Shown here one piece after another: positions 45,473 through 55,726 of a stretch of DNA of 64,000 nt; positions within the stretch are counted from its first letter, which is position 1; each line of letters starts with the position of its first letter. A model generated the notes under the pieces. The model was not told the DNA's origin. It saw only the letters and a list, made by a program, of their open reading frames with translations, and made no database searches. The position numbers were made by a program, and so were the translations under genes. Location: the IMG/VR virus record IMGVR_UViG_3300033145_000767, positions 26,470-90,469 of that record. One strand, 5' to 3'. Origin of the DNA: a virus.

Positions 45473-47998
45473 TCATACATTTCCTGTTGCTACATCTTCA
45501 TCTTCGAGAGTTCTCATTAAATCTTCTCTCATTAGTTCAGCCATCTTTTTAGCTGATTCCCTAATTGTTTCTTCATCATTTATTGAAGCCCCATCTAATA
45601 TAAAAGTAGGGGATATAGCTATATTTGTTACCTTTGCTACAGTTGTTGACCTTGTTGAAGCCTTAGAAGTTTCAGTACCAAGGGAAGTTTTAAATGCTTG
45701 ACCTGAGGAAGACTGTCCCCCAAAGCCCCCACTTAGTAATAAGCCAAAGCCAGCCATTGAAGCTAGTCCGCCTAAACCCCCCATCTTATCAAATAAACCT
45801 TTGCCTTTTTGAATTAAAGACTGAGGTTGACCTTGTGCTGCGAACTCTCCGGGTTTTGCTATAGGAATGTTCATGCCAGTCTGCATACTAGTTAATCCGG
45901 GAGTTGGTATTGTCAGCCCTGATAAATCTGGTGTAGATAAACCTTGAGTACCAGCCCCAGCCCCAGTTGTCAATGCAGTTTTTATAGCATTAGCATGATA
46001 GTCTGCCCCTACAATTATAGCCCTTTGTATTTTTAAACCATCTAAAGATGAACCAAAGACTAAATCTAAATTTGTTAAGTTAAAAAATGCATTAGTCATT
46101 CCTTCTGCAACATTATCAATAATGGTTTCCTTAATTCTTTCACCTAATATTTTAGTAAAAGAAGATATATCCCCCTCTTTAAACGCTTCACTTAAAGAAG
46201 ATGATACTAAGTTTCTAAATTCTTTTGCCTGTTTAGTAAGTATCTTTAACTCCTCTGCTTGTAGCTTATTTCTTGATTTTAACACCTCATTAGTATCTAT
46301 TGCCATATCTCTTTCTATTTCATAATAATAAAGTGTCTCTTTTGCTATATCTAGATTTGTTGCCCCACCAGCCTTTAACAGCTTTAGGTCTCTAGCAAAT
46401 TCATCATCTGTTCTAATTGTTCTTTTTGGGTCTTTTCCGCCTTTTTCCCCTTTTTTCTCTTCTTCTCTAGTCTTTTTTAATAATTCATAATATGTAGAAA
46501 GAGCTTTAAAATTACCTGTCATTACTAAGGTCAACCCTGCAAAAGCATCTTTCATCCCTATACTTCTGAGGTCATTAATAAATTCTACAAATTCAGAATC
46601 CGTAACCAAATCATCTAATCTATCCATTGAGCTACCAACTTTATCAAACTCTTTAAGGAACTCTTCTACTGAGTGAGCCGACCCTGAATAAGCTACTGAT
46701 ACTGCCAAGGCGAACTTCTCTACATCTGGTTTATTAATTAGACTTATTATAGCCCCGAAAGATGAGTTCATACTTTTAATAGCAGGCAAAGCAACATTAG
46801 TTGTTTTATTAGCTATTGCTGTGGACATTTCTCCATATTTTTGACCTAACTCTTCTACTTGAGCTCCTACATTATCTTCAAAAGCCCCTCTCATATCTTC
46901 TGCTGCATCCTTAACATTTCCTCTGTTTCGTGCAAGAGCTTCTTCCCATTCATCCCATCTCTGAAGAATTGATTTAACTGCTCTAACACCCCTGATACCA
47001 AAGGTTTGTATTAATTTAACATCATCATTTAGAGCTAGTTTTCCTTCCCCAAATCTTTTATTTAAAATACGCATTGTATCTACAAATTCTATTGGTTTTG
47101 TAGGGTCAAAAGCTTTACCTGTAGCTGATTCTAATAAATCAGCATTTTTAGCCATCTTAATTAAAGCATTAGTTAAAGATGTACCAGATTTGCTACCTTT
47201 TAACATACCAGTATTTAAGAAGCCTATTGTAGCTGTTAAATCCTCAAAAGAAAAGTTTATAGAATTAGCGGCGTTTGCAGCGAACCCGAAGGCTGTTGCA
47301 ATCTCAGATAATTCAACCTGCTGAGTTTTAAATGTTGTAGCTAAAACATCAGCTACATGTTGCATCTTTTCAGCAGTACTTAAAGTATTATCCATCTCTT
47401 TACCAAATAGGTTAAAAGCTCCAGCTACTAACTTACCTGTTTGGTTAACATCTGTCATTGTAGCTATAGAAAGGTTCATTACATGCTCAAACCCCGCTAT
47501 AGATTCTTCTACGGATAACCCAGCAGTACCTAACTGGTACATAGCTGTAGCAGTATCTTTTAAAGTAGCAGTTGAACTTGAAGCAAAAGACACTACAGCA
47601 TCTTCTAAATCTTTAAACTGTTCTGCTGTTGCCCCTACAGTTGTAGTTACAGTAGCTACCCTACCCATTTCTTTTTGAAACTCATTAAAAGCCTTACCTG
47701 CATCATCAAAAGTTCTAGTTATTCCTTGTACGATGGAACGAAAAATCATCCATATAGGAGAAACTACAGCAACTCTAGCAAGTGCTTTAGTAAAATCTTT
47801 AACAGAGAAAGATAGACCTAAAAACCCCTTACCTACTTGCTTTTGGTCTTTAACCATTTGTTTACTAGATTTTCCTTGTTTCTGCATTGACTTTTCAAGT
47901 TTATTAAACTTACGGTCTAATTGGTCAGCAGTAGCTCCAGCTTTTACAGCCTCTCTAGCATCATTAATCCATTTTATAATAAATTCTGTTGTTGGCAT
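45473..47998 (-). CDS. Tail tape measure protein (TP901-family core)
   Basis: Ala/Thr-rich helical; AMYQLGTAGL, ADVLA, GMLKGSKSGTSL. Confidence 0.9.
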   Translation of the reverse strand: MPTTEFIIKWINDAREAVKAGATADQLDRKFNKLEKSMQKQGKSSKQMVKDQKQVGKGFLGLSFSVKDFTKALARVAVVSPIWMIFRSIVQGITRTFDDAGKAFNEFQKEMGRVATVTTTVGATAEQFKDLEDAVVSFASSSTATLKDTATAMYQLGTAGLSVEESIAGFEHVMNLSIATMTDVNQTGKLVAGAFNLFGKEMDNTLSTAEKMQHVADVLATTFKTQQVELSEIATAFGFAANAANSINFSFEDLTATIGFLNTGMLKGSKSGTSLTNALIKMAKNADLLESATGKAFDPTKPIEFVDTMRILNKRFGEGKLALNDDVKLIQTFGIRGVRAVKSILQRWDEWEEALARNRGNVKDAAEDMRGAFEDNVGAQVEELGQKYGEMSTAIANKTTNVALPAIKSMNSSFGAIISLINKPDVEKFALAVSVAYSGSAHSVEEFLKEFDKVGSSMDRLDDLVTDSEFVEFINDLRSIGMKDAFAGLTLVMTGNFKALSTYYELLKKTREEEKKGEKGGKDPKRTIRTDDEFARDLKLLKAGGATNLDIAKETLYYYEIERDMAIDTNEVLKSRNKLQAEELKILTKQAKEFRNLVSSSLSEAFKEGDISSFTKILGERIKETIIDNVAEGMTNAFFNLTNLDLVFGSSLDGLKIQRAIIVGADYHANAIKTALTTGAGAGTQGLSTPDLSGLTIPTPGLTSMQTGMNIPIAKPGEFAAQGQPQSLIQKGKGLFDKMGGLGGLASMAGFGLLLSGGFGGQSSSGQAFKTSLGTETSKASTRSTTVAKVTNIAISPTFILDGASINDEETIRESAKKMAELMREDLMRTLEDEDVATGNV

Positions 47999-48376
47999 TT
48001 AGTCCACCTTCTCTTTACTTTTAAATACTATTTTTAACCCTGGAATTGTAACCTTCCCAGTTTTATCCTTAGGCTGTTTAACATTCTCTTCTTTAGCCTT
48101 AGCTTTTTCCTTCTTTTCTTCCTTAAGTTTATAGTGCATAAAAGCATCTATATATAAGTCGTTTTCATATGCCCATTCGGGCATTGAACCATCCTCTAAA
48201 TAAAAATTTAAGTTATTGTAGTAAGCTAACCAATTTATAAAGCTTAGTTGTATGTTAGTAAAGGTTGTTTTGTTATTAAATAACTCTATACCCCCAAGCA
48301 TTTTACTTGCAGAAAAAATTGTCTGCCAATGTTTTGATTTAGCTAGCTTTCTAAGCTTACGAGTTAAATCTGTCAT
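47999..48376 (-). CDS. Probable tail assembly chaperone (downstream ORF)
   Basis: Immediately upstream of the tape measure. Confidence 0.45.
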   Translation of the reverse strand: MTDLTRKLRKLAKSKHWQTIFSASKMLGGIELFNNKTTFTNIQLSFINWLAYYNNLNFYLEDGSMPEWAYENDLYIDAFMHYKLKEEKKEKAKAKEENVKQPKDKTGKVTIPGLKIVFKSKEKVD

Positions 48377-49001
48377 GGCTATCCACCAATGCTATTAAGG
48401 TTAATGCCTCATTTGCCTCTTCTTCTTTTACATCAGATAAGAACTCCTCATAGTTTGTAAAAGCTTTTATCCAGCGTATTGATTTTTCATTGCCCTCTAA
48501 ATCACTCTCTACTATTTTCTTCTGTAAAGATAGATAAGAAGCATATCTATACATTTTGGATATAAATTGTGTCTCAAAGGAAGTAAGTAAGGCATCTGTT
48601 TTTTTAAAGCTTAAAACTTTTTGTTTGTCTCTAATAATTAAAATCTCTACTTCTAACTCTTCAATTAAATCTTTTCTTCCATCCTTGCTTATTAACTTAC
48701 CTAGCTCTTTCATTTTTTTCCAATATTTGCGTTCAAGTGTCTTAAACTTTTCTGTCATTTTCTCTATATCAACGCCCTTCTCTTTCCAAGAGGTTATAAG
48801 TTCTTTTTCAGTTCTAACATCAGGGTTTGATATTAACCTAGTTTTAACTCCACTTAAATATTCTGTCATATCTTCTTTTTGTGAAAAAGACAAGCCAGTT
48901 ATTCTCATATCACTATTACACTCAAGTACTATATAACTGTTTTTTAAATACTCATGCAATTTCTCTAAACCTAAAAAATCTTTATTTAAAATTTCGTTCA
49001 T
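48357..49001 (-). CDS. Probable tail assembly chaperone
   Basis: Between tail tube and tape measure. Confidence 0.45.
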   Translation of the reverse strand: MNEILNKDFLGLEKLHEYLKNSYIVLECNSDMRITGLSFSQKEDMTEYLSGVKTRLISNPDVRTEKELITSWKEKGVDIEKMTEKFKTLERKYWKKMKELGKLISKDGRKDLIEELEVEILIIRDKQKVLSFKKTDALLTSFETQFISKMYRYASYLSLQKKIVESDLEGNEKSIRWIKAFTNYEEFLSDVKEEEANEALTLIALVDSHDRFNS

Positions 49002-49044
49002 TACCTTCCCCTTTCAATAAAAAAACCCTTAAAAAGTAGACAAA

Positions 49045-49263
49045 CTACTTCGTAGGGGTCTTAAACTGTATCAATAAGCCTTCGTTAAAAGTTTTAATTG
49101 TTTTTTCAAATTCTCTGAAATTAGCATAAATAAACTCTTTGATAAGACCTTTTACTAGCTTCTTATCATTATGGTTATCTATAACTTTCATTACTTCAGT
49201 AACTAAAGCCTTTGCTCTTTCCTCTTGTGTTTTACTTAAAAATCTTTCCGTAATATTTAACAT
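49045..49263 (-). CDS. Hypothetical protein
   Basis: ORF track. Confidence 0.5.
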   Translation of the reverse strand: MLNITERFLSKTQEERAKALVTEVMKVIDNHNDKKLVKGLIKEFIYANFREFEKTIKTFNEGLLIQFKTPTK

Positions 49264-49302
49264 AGCCTTCCCTTTCTTTTCTTCTCTTCCCGTCCAATGG
49301 TA

Positions 49303-49334
49303 GAGGGTGGGAAAGACAAGCTCCCCCTACCCTC
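49303..49334 (-). terminator. GC-rich stem-loop after the major tail gene
   Basis: Minus strand GAGGGTAGGGGG...CTTTCCCACCCTC imperfect hairpin, no U tract. Confidence 0.4.
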
Positions 49335-49351
49335 AAAATCGTTATAAGCTA

Positions 49352-50539
49352 TTAAATATCTGATGTATCAATAGTCATATTGTCTGCCTCAAGAACCATG
49401 CCCTGAGTAATATAATCATCTACTGGTCTTCCACCAGTTAATGACATAGCTGTACAATTAAGACATTTATATGTAAGTTTATGATTTGTTTTAGCCTTCT
49501 CACCATAAATTCTAACATAAAATGTTACATCATCAGCAAACTCTCTTGCATCAAGTATACCATAATCAACTCCTGCGTCTCTCATAGCCTCTTCCAGAGT
49601 AAATACCTCAAGATTCCTTCCTAGAGTAATTCTTACAGTTTTTTCTCTAGCTCCGAATTTTACTTTGTCTGTATTACCAAGTTCCCCAATATCAAACCTA
49701 TCTAAAGTGGCATCAATAGTGCAACTCTGAATACGATATAAATATGTACTTGTTGCTACATATATACTTGCATTTTCACAAGGATAAGCTCCAACATCAG
49801 AATCATTATCAGTCCATACTGTAGGTGTAGTAGCTGCTGAATAATAAGCTGTAACTATATCACCTGTTGTATTGCCTGTTACTGTTAATTCTTTTGCTCC
49901 ATCACTATAAGTATAATCATCAGTCTCTACTAAATAAGTTGTATCTGTACCATCATATCTAGTAACTTTTAACATATACTTACCAGCATCATCTGGATTT
50001 TCTACAGGGGCGTAAGAACTTAAATCTATAACCTTAGTAGCTTCACCAGAAGCAACTGTACTTCTATTCTGAATAAAATACTTATTTCCTGCATATAAAA
50101 TCTTGTAATCTTCTCCAACTAAATCGAAACTTCTTTCAATATCTGCCTCTGGGTCGCTAAGATTTATTGAAAAACCAGCAACACGCAGTTTAGGCATCCA
50201 TATAGTACCACGAAAAGTATCGTTATCATCAGTTAAGAATACAGCAGTATCACTAATAGATGTTTTAAAATCATTTAGAGTTACGGAAGTTATGGCATCT
50301 CCTACATTGCCTAATCGTCTATAAATATCAATGTTTCCATACTCAAATTGTCTTAAGGTATATCTTGCTGAAGGACTACCTTTTTTATTATCTACTTTAC
50401 CGTCTCTACCGACTTCGTTTCGTTTTGTACGGTTTAAAGTAATATCCTCAGAAATATCTTGTATTCTATCTAACTGAGCCTTAGTACTATTCCCATTAAT
50501 AGGGTAAATTATGGGTTTTGCTAAAGACGAATGTATCAT
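49352..50539 (-). CDS. Major tail (tube) protein
   Basis: 395 aa, beta-rich; LDRIQ / LYRIQ suggests internal duplication; follows connector genes; AAGGAG RBS. Confidence 0.6.
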   Translation of the reverse strand: MIHSSLAKPIIYPINGNSTKAQLDRIQDISEDITLNRTKRNEVGRDGKVDNKKGSPSARYTLRQFEYGNIDIYRRLGNVGDAITSVTLNDFKTSISDTAVFLTDDNDTFRGTIWMPKLRVAGFSINLSDPEADIERSFDLVGEDYKILYAGNKYFIQNRSTVASGEATKVIDLSSYAPVENPDDAGKYMLKVTRYDGTDTTYLVETDDYTYSDGAKELTVTGNTTGDIVTAYYSAATTPTVWTDNDSDVGAYPCENASIYVATSTYLYRIQSCTIDATLDRFDIGELGNTDKVKFGAREKTVRITLGRNLEVFTLEEAMRDAGVDYGILDAREFADDVTFYVRIYGEKAKTNHKLTYKCLNCTAMSLTGGRPVDDYITQGMVLEADNMTIDTSDI

Positions 50540-50573
50540 AGTGTTTCTCCTTTTCTATTTATTTTTTTATTGG

Positions 50574-50786
50574 TTAATTTACTTTGCCTTCTATCTTGGC
50601 GATTCTTTCCGAGTTCTTTCCAATTTTATCTTTTAACTCATCTTGACCTTCTAATAAAGCCTCAACATTTTCCTTTAAATGTAATAGATGGTTATCCTTT
50701 ATAGTTATGGTTTTTACAATGTTGTAAAAAATACCTCCAACTAAGACTAAGAATCCAGCTATTTGAACTAAATCTCTCATATTCAT
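50574..50786 (-). CDS. Small TM plus coiled-coil protein (holin/XhlA-like)
   Basis: One TM segment, then NHLLHL...ERIAKIEG. Confidence 0.5.
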   Translation of the reverse strand: MNMRDLVQIAGFLVLVGGIFYNIVKTITIKDNHLLHLKENVEALLEGQDELKDKIGKNSERIAKIEGKVN

Positions 50787-50800
50787 ACCTTTACACCTCT

Positions 50801-51274
50801 TTAATTAGTCTGTACTTTGACTGTAAAAGATAATTTATGCCTAAATCTATCTCTAGCGTCTAAACCTTCAACGCCTTCTAACTCTTTTGCATTTTCAGTA
50901 AATTTTAAAATTCTTATAACCCCTGAATCTACCTTATTAGATACTACCCCACTAGTTATAGTATATGCATAGTAAGTTAAGGTATCTTGAAGTTTCTCTA
51001 CGAGCCATTTAGCTAAATCTAATCTTTGACCATCACTTTTAGCAAAGGTACGAATTATAATCATTTCCTCATCCTCTAGTGTAGATGCCCCTACCTCTCT
51101 TCTTTTTAGGTTAGAGGTTACTAGTTGAACAACTATAACAGGTAACTCTCCATCCTCTACAGCAGTAAAAGTTTTTCCAACTGATATACCTGACCAACTG
51201 TCTACTATTAATTGTGCCTTTATATAATCTATTAAACTGGCTTCTATATTTCTATATTCTCTATATACGCCCAT
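50801..51274 (-). CDS. Probable tail terminator
   Basis: Synteny; LPVIVV motif. Confidence 0.5.
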   Translation of the reverse strand: MGVYREYRNIEASLIDYIKAQLIVDSWSGISVGKTFTAVEDGELPVIVVQLVTSNLKRREVGASTLEDEEMIIIRTFAKSDGQRLDLAKWLVEKLQDTLTYYAYTITSGVVSNKVDSGVIRILKFTENAKELEGVEGLDARDRFRHKLSFTVKVQTN

Positions 51275-51286
51275 TGTACTCTCCTA

Positions 51287-51838
51287 TTAAAATCCTGTGG
51301 CTAATCCTTGTTCTATTCTTGTTAATGCTGTCCAAAAATTAGTTCTAAGCCCTTCCATGGTAATATCAATATAGTTAGTTGGTTCAATAAATTTTTTAGC
51401 TTTAAAAGTATAATTACCTGAACCCTTTAACCAAGTGCCTCCTGATGCCCCTACAACGGGTCTACCTCCACCGTCTGAAAATTCACCATAAGGTACACTT
51501 TTACCCATATAAGGTAAGAACCTTTGACCACTTCGTGTAAAACCGCTATTTAAAACCTGCCAGTACTCTGCTTCTGTATTTAGTAACTCTATGTTTCCTA
51601 CACCTATTTCAAAATAAGCTGCACCAAAACCCCCTACAGATTCTATTGTTAATGCATCCTCTAACTTAGTAGTACTAGCCCTTTTCTTTTTGTTTGCTAT
51701 AATGCTTCTCATACTGTTTAAAGCCCATTCAGCTAAGTCCATCATAACAGCTTGTGTTTCAAAATGAGAAGACCTTTTAATTAATTTAGCCCAAGCTTTA
51801 GGTCTTGCCCCTCGTATTATTAAGGTATTTCTTATCAT
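51287..51838 (-). CDS. HK97 gp10-like neck / tail-completion protein
   Basis: TKLEDAL, AEYWQVLNSG, IEPTNYID; synteny. Confidence 0.5.
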   Translation of the reverse strand: MIRNTLIIRGARPKAWAKLIKRSSHFETQAVMMDLAEWALNSMRSIIANKKKRASTTKLEDALTIESVGGFGAAYFEIGVGNIELLNTEAEYWQVLNSGFTRSGQRFLPYMGKSVPYGEFSDGGGRPVVGASGGTWLKGSGNYTFKAKKFIEPTNYIDITMEGLRTNFWTALTRIEQGLATGF

Positions 51839-52215
51839 TAGGCTCTTTCTAATATAACTACAAGGTATTTACCTTTAATGGTAATTGAAGAACGCTTACC
51901 ATTAGCTCCTTTATAAACTAAGTACTGTTCATCCTTATAGTATAAATTACTAGCCCTTTCAAGCAAAGACTTGTGTTTTTTATCACAGATTAATTCAATT
52001 GCCCCTTTTTCTTTTAGCCCTACCATCTCCCATACTAATGTAGATGCTTTTACTTCTCTAACAATACCTTCAATATACTTAGGGTTAAAGGTTATAGAAG
52101 TTGTTTTAGTCTTTTCATAGGGGTCGTCTACAGTTTCTTTTTCAACAACAACTTTTAATTTAACCATTTCATCCCTGCTATGGTTATAATCTAGAGGTGA
52201 AGGTCTGTTTTTCAT
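51838..52215 (-). CDS. Probable head-closure protein
   Basis: Synteny and size. Confidence 0.45.
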   Translation of the reverse strand: MKNRPSPLDYNHSRDEMVKLKVVVEKETVDDPYEKTKTTSITFNPKYIEGIVREVKASTLVWEMVGLKEKGAIELICDKKHKSLLERASNLYYKDEQYLVYKGANGKRSSITIKGKYLVVILERA

Positions 52216-52808
52216 TCTAAATCTCCATTATAAGCTATCCAAGAAAAACTACCCAGACTTGAGTTGTACCCAGAAATTAATTTTCTAATTTTCTGTTCTG
52301 GTGTAAGTTCTACTTGGAACTGCATTGCAAATTCTTTTGTCTTATATGTTTTTAAACTACCGTCCACTAATATTGAGGCTATTAAAGCTATAAGCCTTCT
52401 TTCTGATACTGACGGTTGTGGTACAATAACATCACTATCATTAGCATCCCAATCATTTACTTTTAATGTAGACAGCCATACAAAAGCTCTAGTAATATAC
52501 GCATCTACTTCATTTGTAGAGTACTTTCTATAAGCATCATAAGAAATTCTAATTTCATCTGTTAAAGTAAGTACAGCATTTTCAAAAACTATATTATTTG
52601 TATCGGAATCAAAGGTATAGTTACTCTCTGAATTCTCTACTTCGTTTACATAAACATCAATAGTGGTCGAAACAGGGTTTTCCTCAGAAAGTGTAAAGGT
52701 TCTTCCTGCTAATGTTGCTGTTTCATATGTAGCATAATCATTTATACCTTCTTGTATATCTTCGATTAACTGTCTAACTAATAGTCTTGTCTTAGTCATT
52801 TTATACAA
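52212..52808 (-). CDS. Probable head-tail adaptor with inserted beta domain
   Basis: Helical ends (VRQLIED; YSTNEVDAYI) around a beta insertion; synteny. Confidence 0.5.
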   Translation of the reverse strand: MYKMTKTRLLVRQLIEDIQEGINDYATYETATLAGRTFTLSEENPVSTTIDVYVNEVENSESNYTFDSDTNNIVFENAVLTLTDEIRISYDAYRKYSTNEVDAYITRAFVWLSTLKVNDWDANDSDVIVPQPSVSERRLIALIASILVDGSLKTYKTKEFAMQFQVELTPEQKIRKLISGYNSSLGSFSWIAYNGDLE

Positions 52809-53232
52809 CCTCTCTTGCTAATAGTATTTCTTTGCCTCTTCCACCCTTAAAGGTAAACCCCCTATACAAAAATACAGCTTTTAAAGGGTTATCTTTTTTT
52901 ATTTTAGTGTACCAATTTTGCTTACCATGTTTATCTAAAAAGCTTTGTAGCATTTGTAAAGCTATAGAAGGGTTATCAGAAACTATTTTTATATACTTTC
53001 TATATGCTTTATCTGCTAATCCCCATGTAAAAATAAAACCGTCTTCTTCATAATTACCTAGTACTATTTCGCCTCTCTTTATTTTTCTAAAGTAGCTACT
53101 TAATATTTTAGGGTCAGTTATAAATACTCGTTTGTTGTTTACGGTTATATACCATTCTTTATACTCATCTTCTACTTCTGAAAGAAAGCCTAATATTTTA
53201 GTCATATCTTTACATTTTAATTTGTAAACCAT
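52801..53232 (-). CDS. Hypothetical protein, possibly GNAT-fold
   Basis: Start moved to ATG 53232 after GAAGGGA; NWYTKIKKDNPLKAVFLYRGFTF resembles a GNAT C-terminal motif. Confidence 0.45.
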   Translation of the reverse strand: MVYKLKCKDMTKILGFLSEVEDEYKEWYITVNNKRVFITDPKILSSYFRKIKRGEIVLGNYEEDGFIFTWGLADKAYRKYIKIVSDNPSIALQMLQSFLDKHGKQNWYTKIKKDNPLKAVFLYRGFTFKGGRGKEILLAREVV

Positions 53233-53254
53233 TATCTTTCCCTTCAAGTTTTGG

Positions 53255-53278
53255 AAGGGGAGAATAAATTCCCCCCTT
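53255..53278 (-). terminator. Stem-loop after the major capsid gene
   Basis: Minus strand AAGGGGGGAAT-TT-ATTCTCCCCTT. Confidence 0.5.
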
Positions 53279-53290
53279 ATAAAATCAATT

Positions 53291-54262
53291 CTAAGCTTCA
53301 GCAGTCCAAGTACTACCACGATAAAAACCAGCAAACGCTTTTGTATTAATTGCAACAGCAGCGATTGATTCAAACCCACAAACACCAACAGCAGGTTTAC
53401 GGTTAGAACCAACAGGCATAATCGCAGGAGATACTATAATAGCTCTCTGCTGTATAACCTCCCCACCAACTAATTCAACTCTATCAAGCAATTTTCTACT
53501 GAAAGCTAAAGGTTTTCCTGCTTCAGTATTAAGAGCTACAAGAAGAGCTTTGTTAGTGTTAAGAATAGCTTTACTAGAACCATCAATTGAAACATTACCA
53601 ACAACTCTAACTATCTGAATGTTCAAGTCAGCAAGAGCCTGTTTCAAAGAATGATACTTGTTCTCATCATAGTCCCATAATATAATATCATGGTCAATCT
53701 GAGACCCAACAACTAGAACGAAGTTATCGCCATAGTCTTTTACATATTCACGCATCTGAATCAAATTACTATAAGTAAACTTAGTTGTACCAGAAGCAAG
53801 AACTACCCTATTGCCAGAAGCAACAGCTGCATCCGTAATCAACATAACTTTCTTAATTTCATCAGCGTTTAATGCTCTATTAACAGTCTTTTTCTTCCTA
53901 GCAATAACATCATACTTGGCTGTCAAAAGGTCTGTAAAAGAAACATAGTATTCTTTCGTTAAAACATCTACGAAAGGTACAGAAGCTACTGCATTAGGCG
54001 TTACCTGAGTTGAAGTAACATTATCATTAGTGTCAATATGATAAACTTCTTTTGCATCTTCATCAGTATCGAAACTATATGTGTTCTCTCCAGCTTCAGT
54101 CGTATCTACGCTACACAGTAATTCTACTACTCTCGGATAAGGGCGTAGTGGGTCAAGTGGTTCTCCCCAAATCTTTGCAAGTTCAAGAAACATATTGCTT
54201 GATTCTACAGCTGCCTTCATCTGAGATTTTGCTTTCTCAATCATACCTCTATTTTTTTCCAT
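53291..54262 (-). CDS. Major capsid protein
   Basis: 323 aa after protease/scaffold; AAGGAG RBS; downstream hairpin. Confidence 0.75.
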   Translation of the reverse strand: MEKNRGMIEKAKSQMKAAVESSNMFLELAKIWGEPLDPLRPYPRVVELLCSVDTTEAGENTYSFDTDEDAKEVYHIDTNDNVTSTQVTPNAVASVPFVDVLTKEYYVSFTDLLTAKYDVIARKKKTVNRALNADEIKKVMLITDAAVASGNRVVLASGTTKFTYSNLIQMREYVKDYGDNFVLVVGSQIDHDIILWDYDENKYHSLKQALADLNIQIVRVVGNVSIDGSSKAILNTNKALLVALNTEAGKPLAFSRKLLDRVELVGGEVIQQRAIIVSPAIMPVGSNRKPAVGVCGFESIAAVAINTKAFAGFYRGSTWTAEA

Positions 54263-54301
54263 TTTCTTATTCTCCTTAATTAAGTTATAGTTTACGAGGC
54301 T

Positions 54302-55726
54302 TTACTTACTTTCCCAACATAAATTATCTATGGCAGTCCTTAAATCGCCATATGTGGATTTTTCAGCTTTAGCTACCTCTACGCTATCGTCATTGCCTAC
54401 AACCAAATCAGCTTTTTCTTCTTTATCTGCAATAGAGGAGGCACTTTCTAGCTCCACTACTTTTCGTTTAAGCTGAAGGTTCTCGAATTTAGTATCATCA
54501 GCTAAATCTGCTTCCGCTATATCTTTGGAGGCATCACCAAGTGATATTCTTCGAGCCGTAATTTTTTCGGCATATTTTTTTGCTTCTACTACTTCTGCTT
54601 CAATTTCTTTTGCATGAGCAACTTTTAAATCTTCAAGTTCTTTAGTATGAGCAGTTTGCAAATCCTGTACATATTCATAGGTATAAGTTACTACATTATC
54701 TACTTTCTCTTCTGTAGTTACTTTTACTCCATCATCATATACAACTTCTTCTTTAATCTCTGCTTTTACTTCAACCTTTTCTGAGGCTCCTGATTCGTCA
54801 GAATCCATTGTTCTAACAGTCTCTACTTCTTCAGTAGTAGTAATAACTGTTTTGGCTTCTTCCTTACCATCTTCCTCTTTAACTTCAATAGCTTCTTTTT
54901 TAATCCCATCAGCTTCAGCTATTTTTGGGGCTTCTATTTCTTCTTTTACTTCCTCTTCTTTAGATTCCTTAACAACCTTTATAACTTCTGCTATTGATTT
55001 TTCATCAATTACCTCTTCTATTTTTTCATCAAGAGGTTTTTTAATTTTCTCTGACATATTATCCTCCTTTAGTAACTCTGCATAAACTAAGTCTTCTCTT
55101 AATACCTTATTATCTTCTTGTATGTCAACTTTACTCGCTAAAGCTTTTGCAGAGGCTAAAAGTTTTAAAACCTGAGCTTTAGGACAAGCAGGGTCTTCTT
55201 CTATTAAAAGACCACAACCTGCAAAGTGAATTGTATTCATTTTAAATGTTCCATCACTAAGGGCTTCAACTACTAAATCTCCATTATCATCAAACCTATG
55301 AATTTCAAAAGAGACAAATAATTGACCTTTTTCAAATTTAGCTTTAACTTCATCAAATTCCTCACTAAACATGGATTTAAAGAACGCTCCATATACAACT
55401 ATATTATTCCCTTCTATCTTTCCATCAAGCATGTAACCACATATGTAGTTACTTCCTTTATGGTCGAAGTTAATCTGTTTACCAACTATTGAAGGTAAAC
55501 CATCTTCAACAGCTTCCCTAGGTAATCTAACTCTATTCCTGTTAGGTTTTTCTAATTCTGCGTAAATAGTTTTAAATACTGCTAAATCAGGAGAAGGAAG
55601 GGATAACCCTCGTTTCTTTGCTATCTCCTTTAATTCATCACTAGCTGTGATAAAAGTGGTCTTTGAATCTTTAGTCCACTCCAGCATTGCTTTTGCTATT
55701 AGTATTCTATCATTTAATAGTCCCAT
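54302..55726 (-). CDS. Prohead protease fused to acidic scaffold
   Basis: NRN, INFDH, VSFE, FAGCGLL...PA; E/K-rich C-terminal half. Confidence 0.75.
   Translation of the reverse strand: MGLLNDRILIAKAMLEWTKDSKTTFITASDELKEIAKKRGLSLPSPDLAVFKTIYAELEKPNRNRVRLPREAVEDGLPSIVGKQINFDHKGSNYICGYMLDGKIEGNNIVVYGAFFKSMFSEEFDEVKAKFEKGQLFVSFEIHRFDDNGDLVVEALSDGTFKMNTIHFAGCGLLIEEDPACPKAQVLKLLASAKALASKVDIQEDNKVLREDLVYAELLKEDNMSEKIKKPLDEKIEEVIDEKSIAEVIKVVKESKEEEVKEEIEAPKIAEADGIKKEAIEVKEEDGKEEAKTVITTTEEVETVRTMDSDESGASEKVEVKAEIKEEVVYDDGVKVTTEEKVDNVVTYTYEYVQDLQTAHTKELEDLKVAHAKEIEAEVVEAKKYAEKITARRISLGDASKDIAEADLADDTKFENLQLKRKVVELESASSIADKEEKADLVVGNDDSVEVAKAEKSTYGDLRTAIDNLCWESK

Noticed and set aside
48357-48420. Programmed frameshift between tail chaperone ORFs
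   Set aside because: No clear slippery heptamer near the overlap; the second ORF has its own ATG.
53233-53412. N-terminal extension of ORF 52801..53412
   Set aside because: It overlaps the capsid gene and its hairpin; ATG 53232 has its own RBS.
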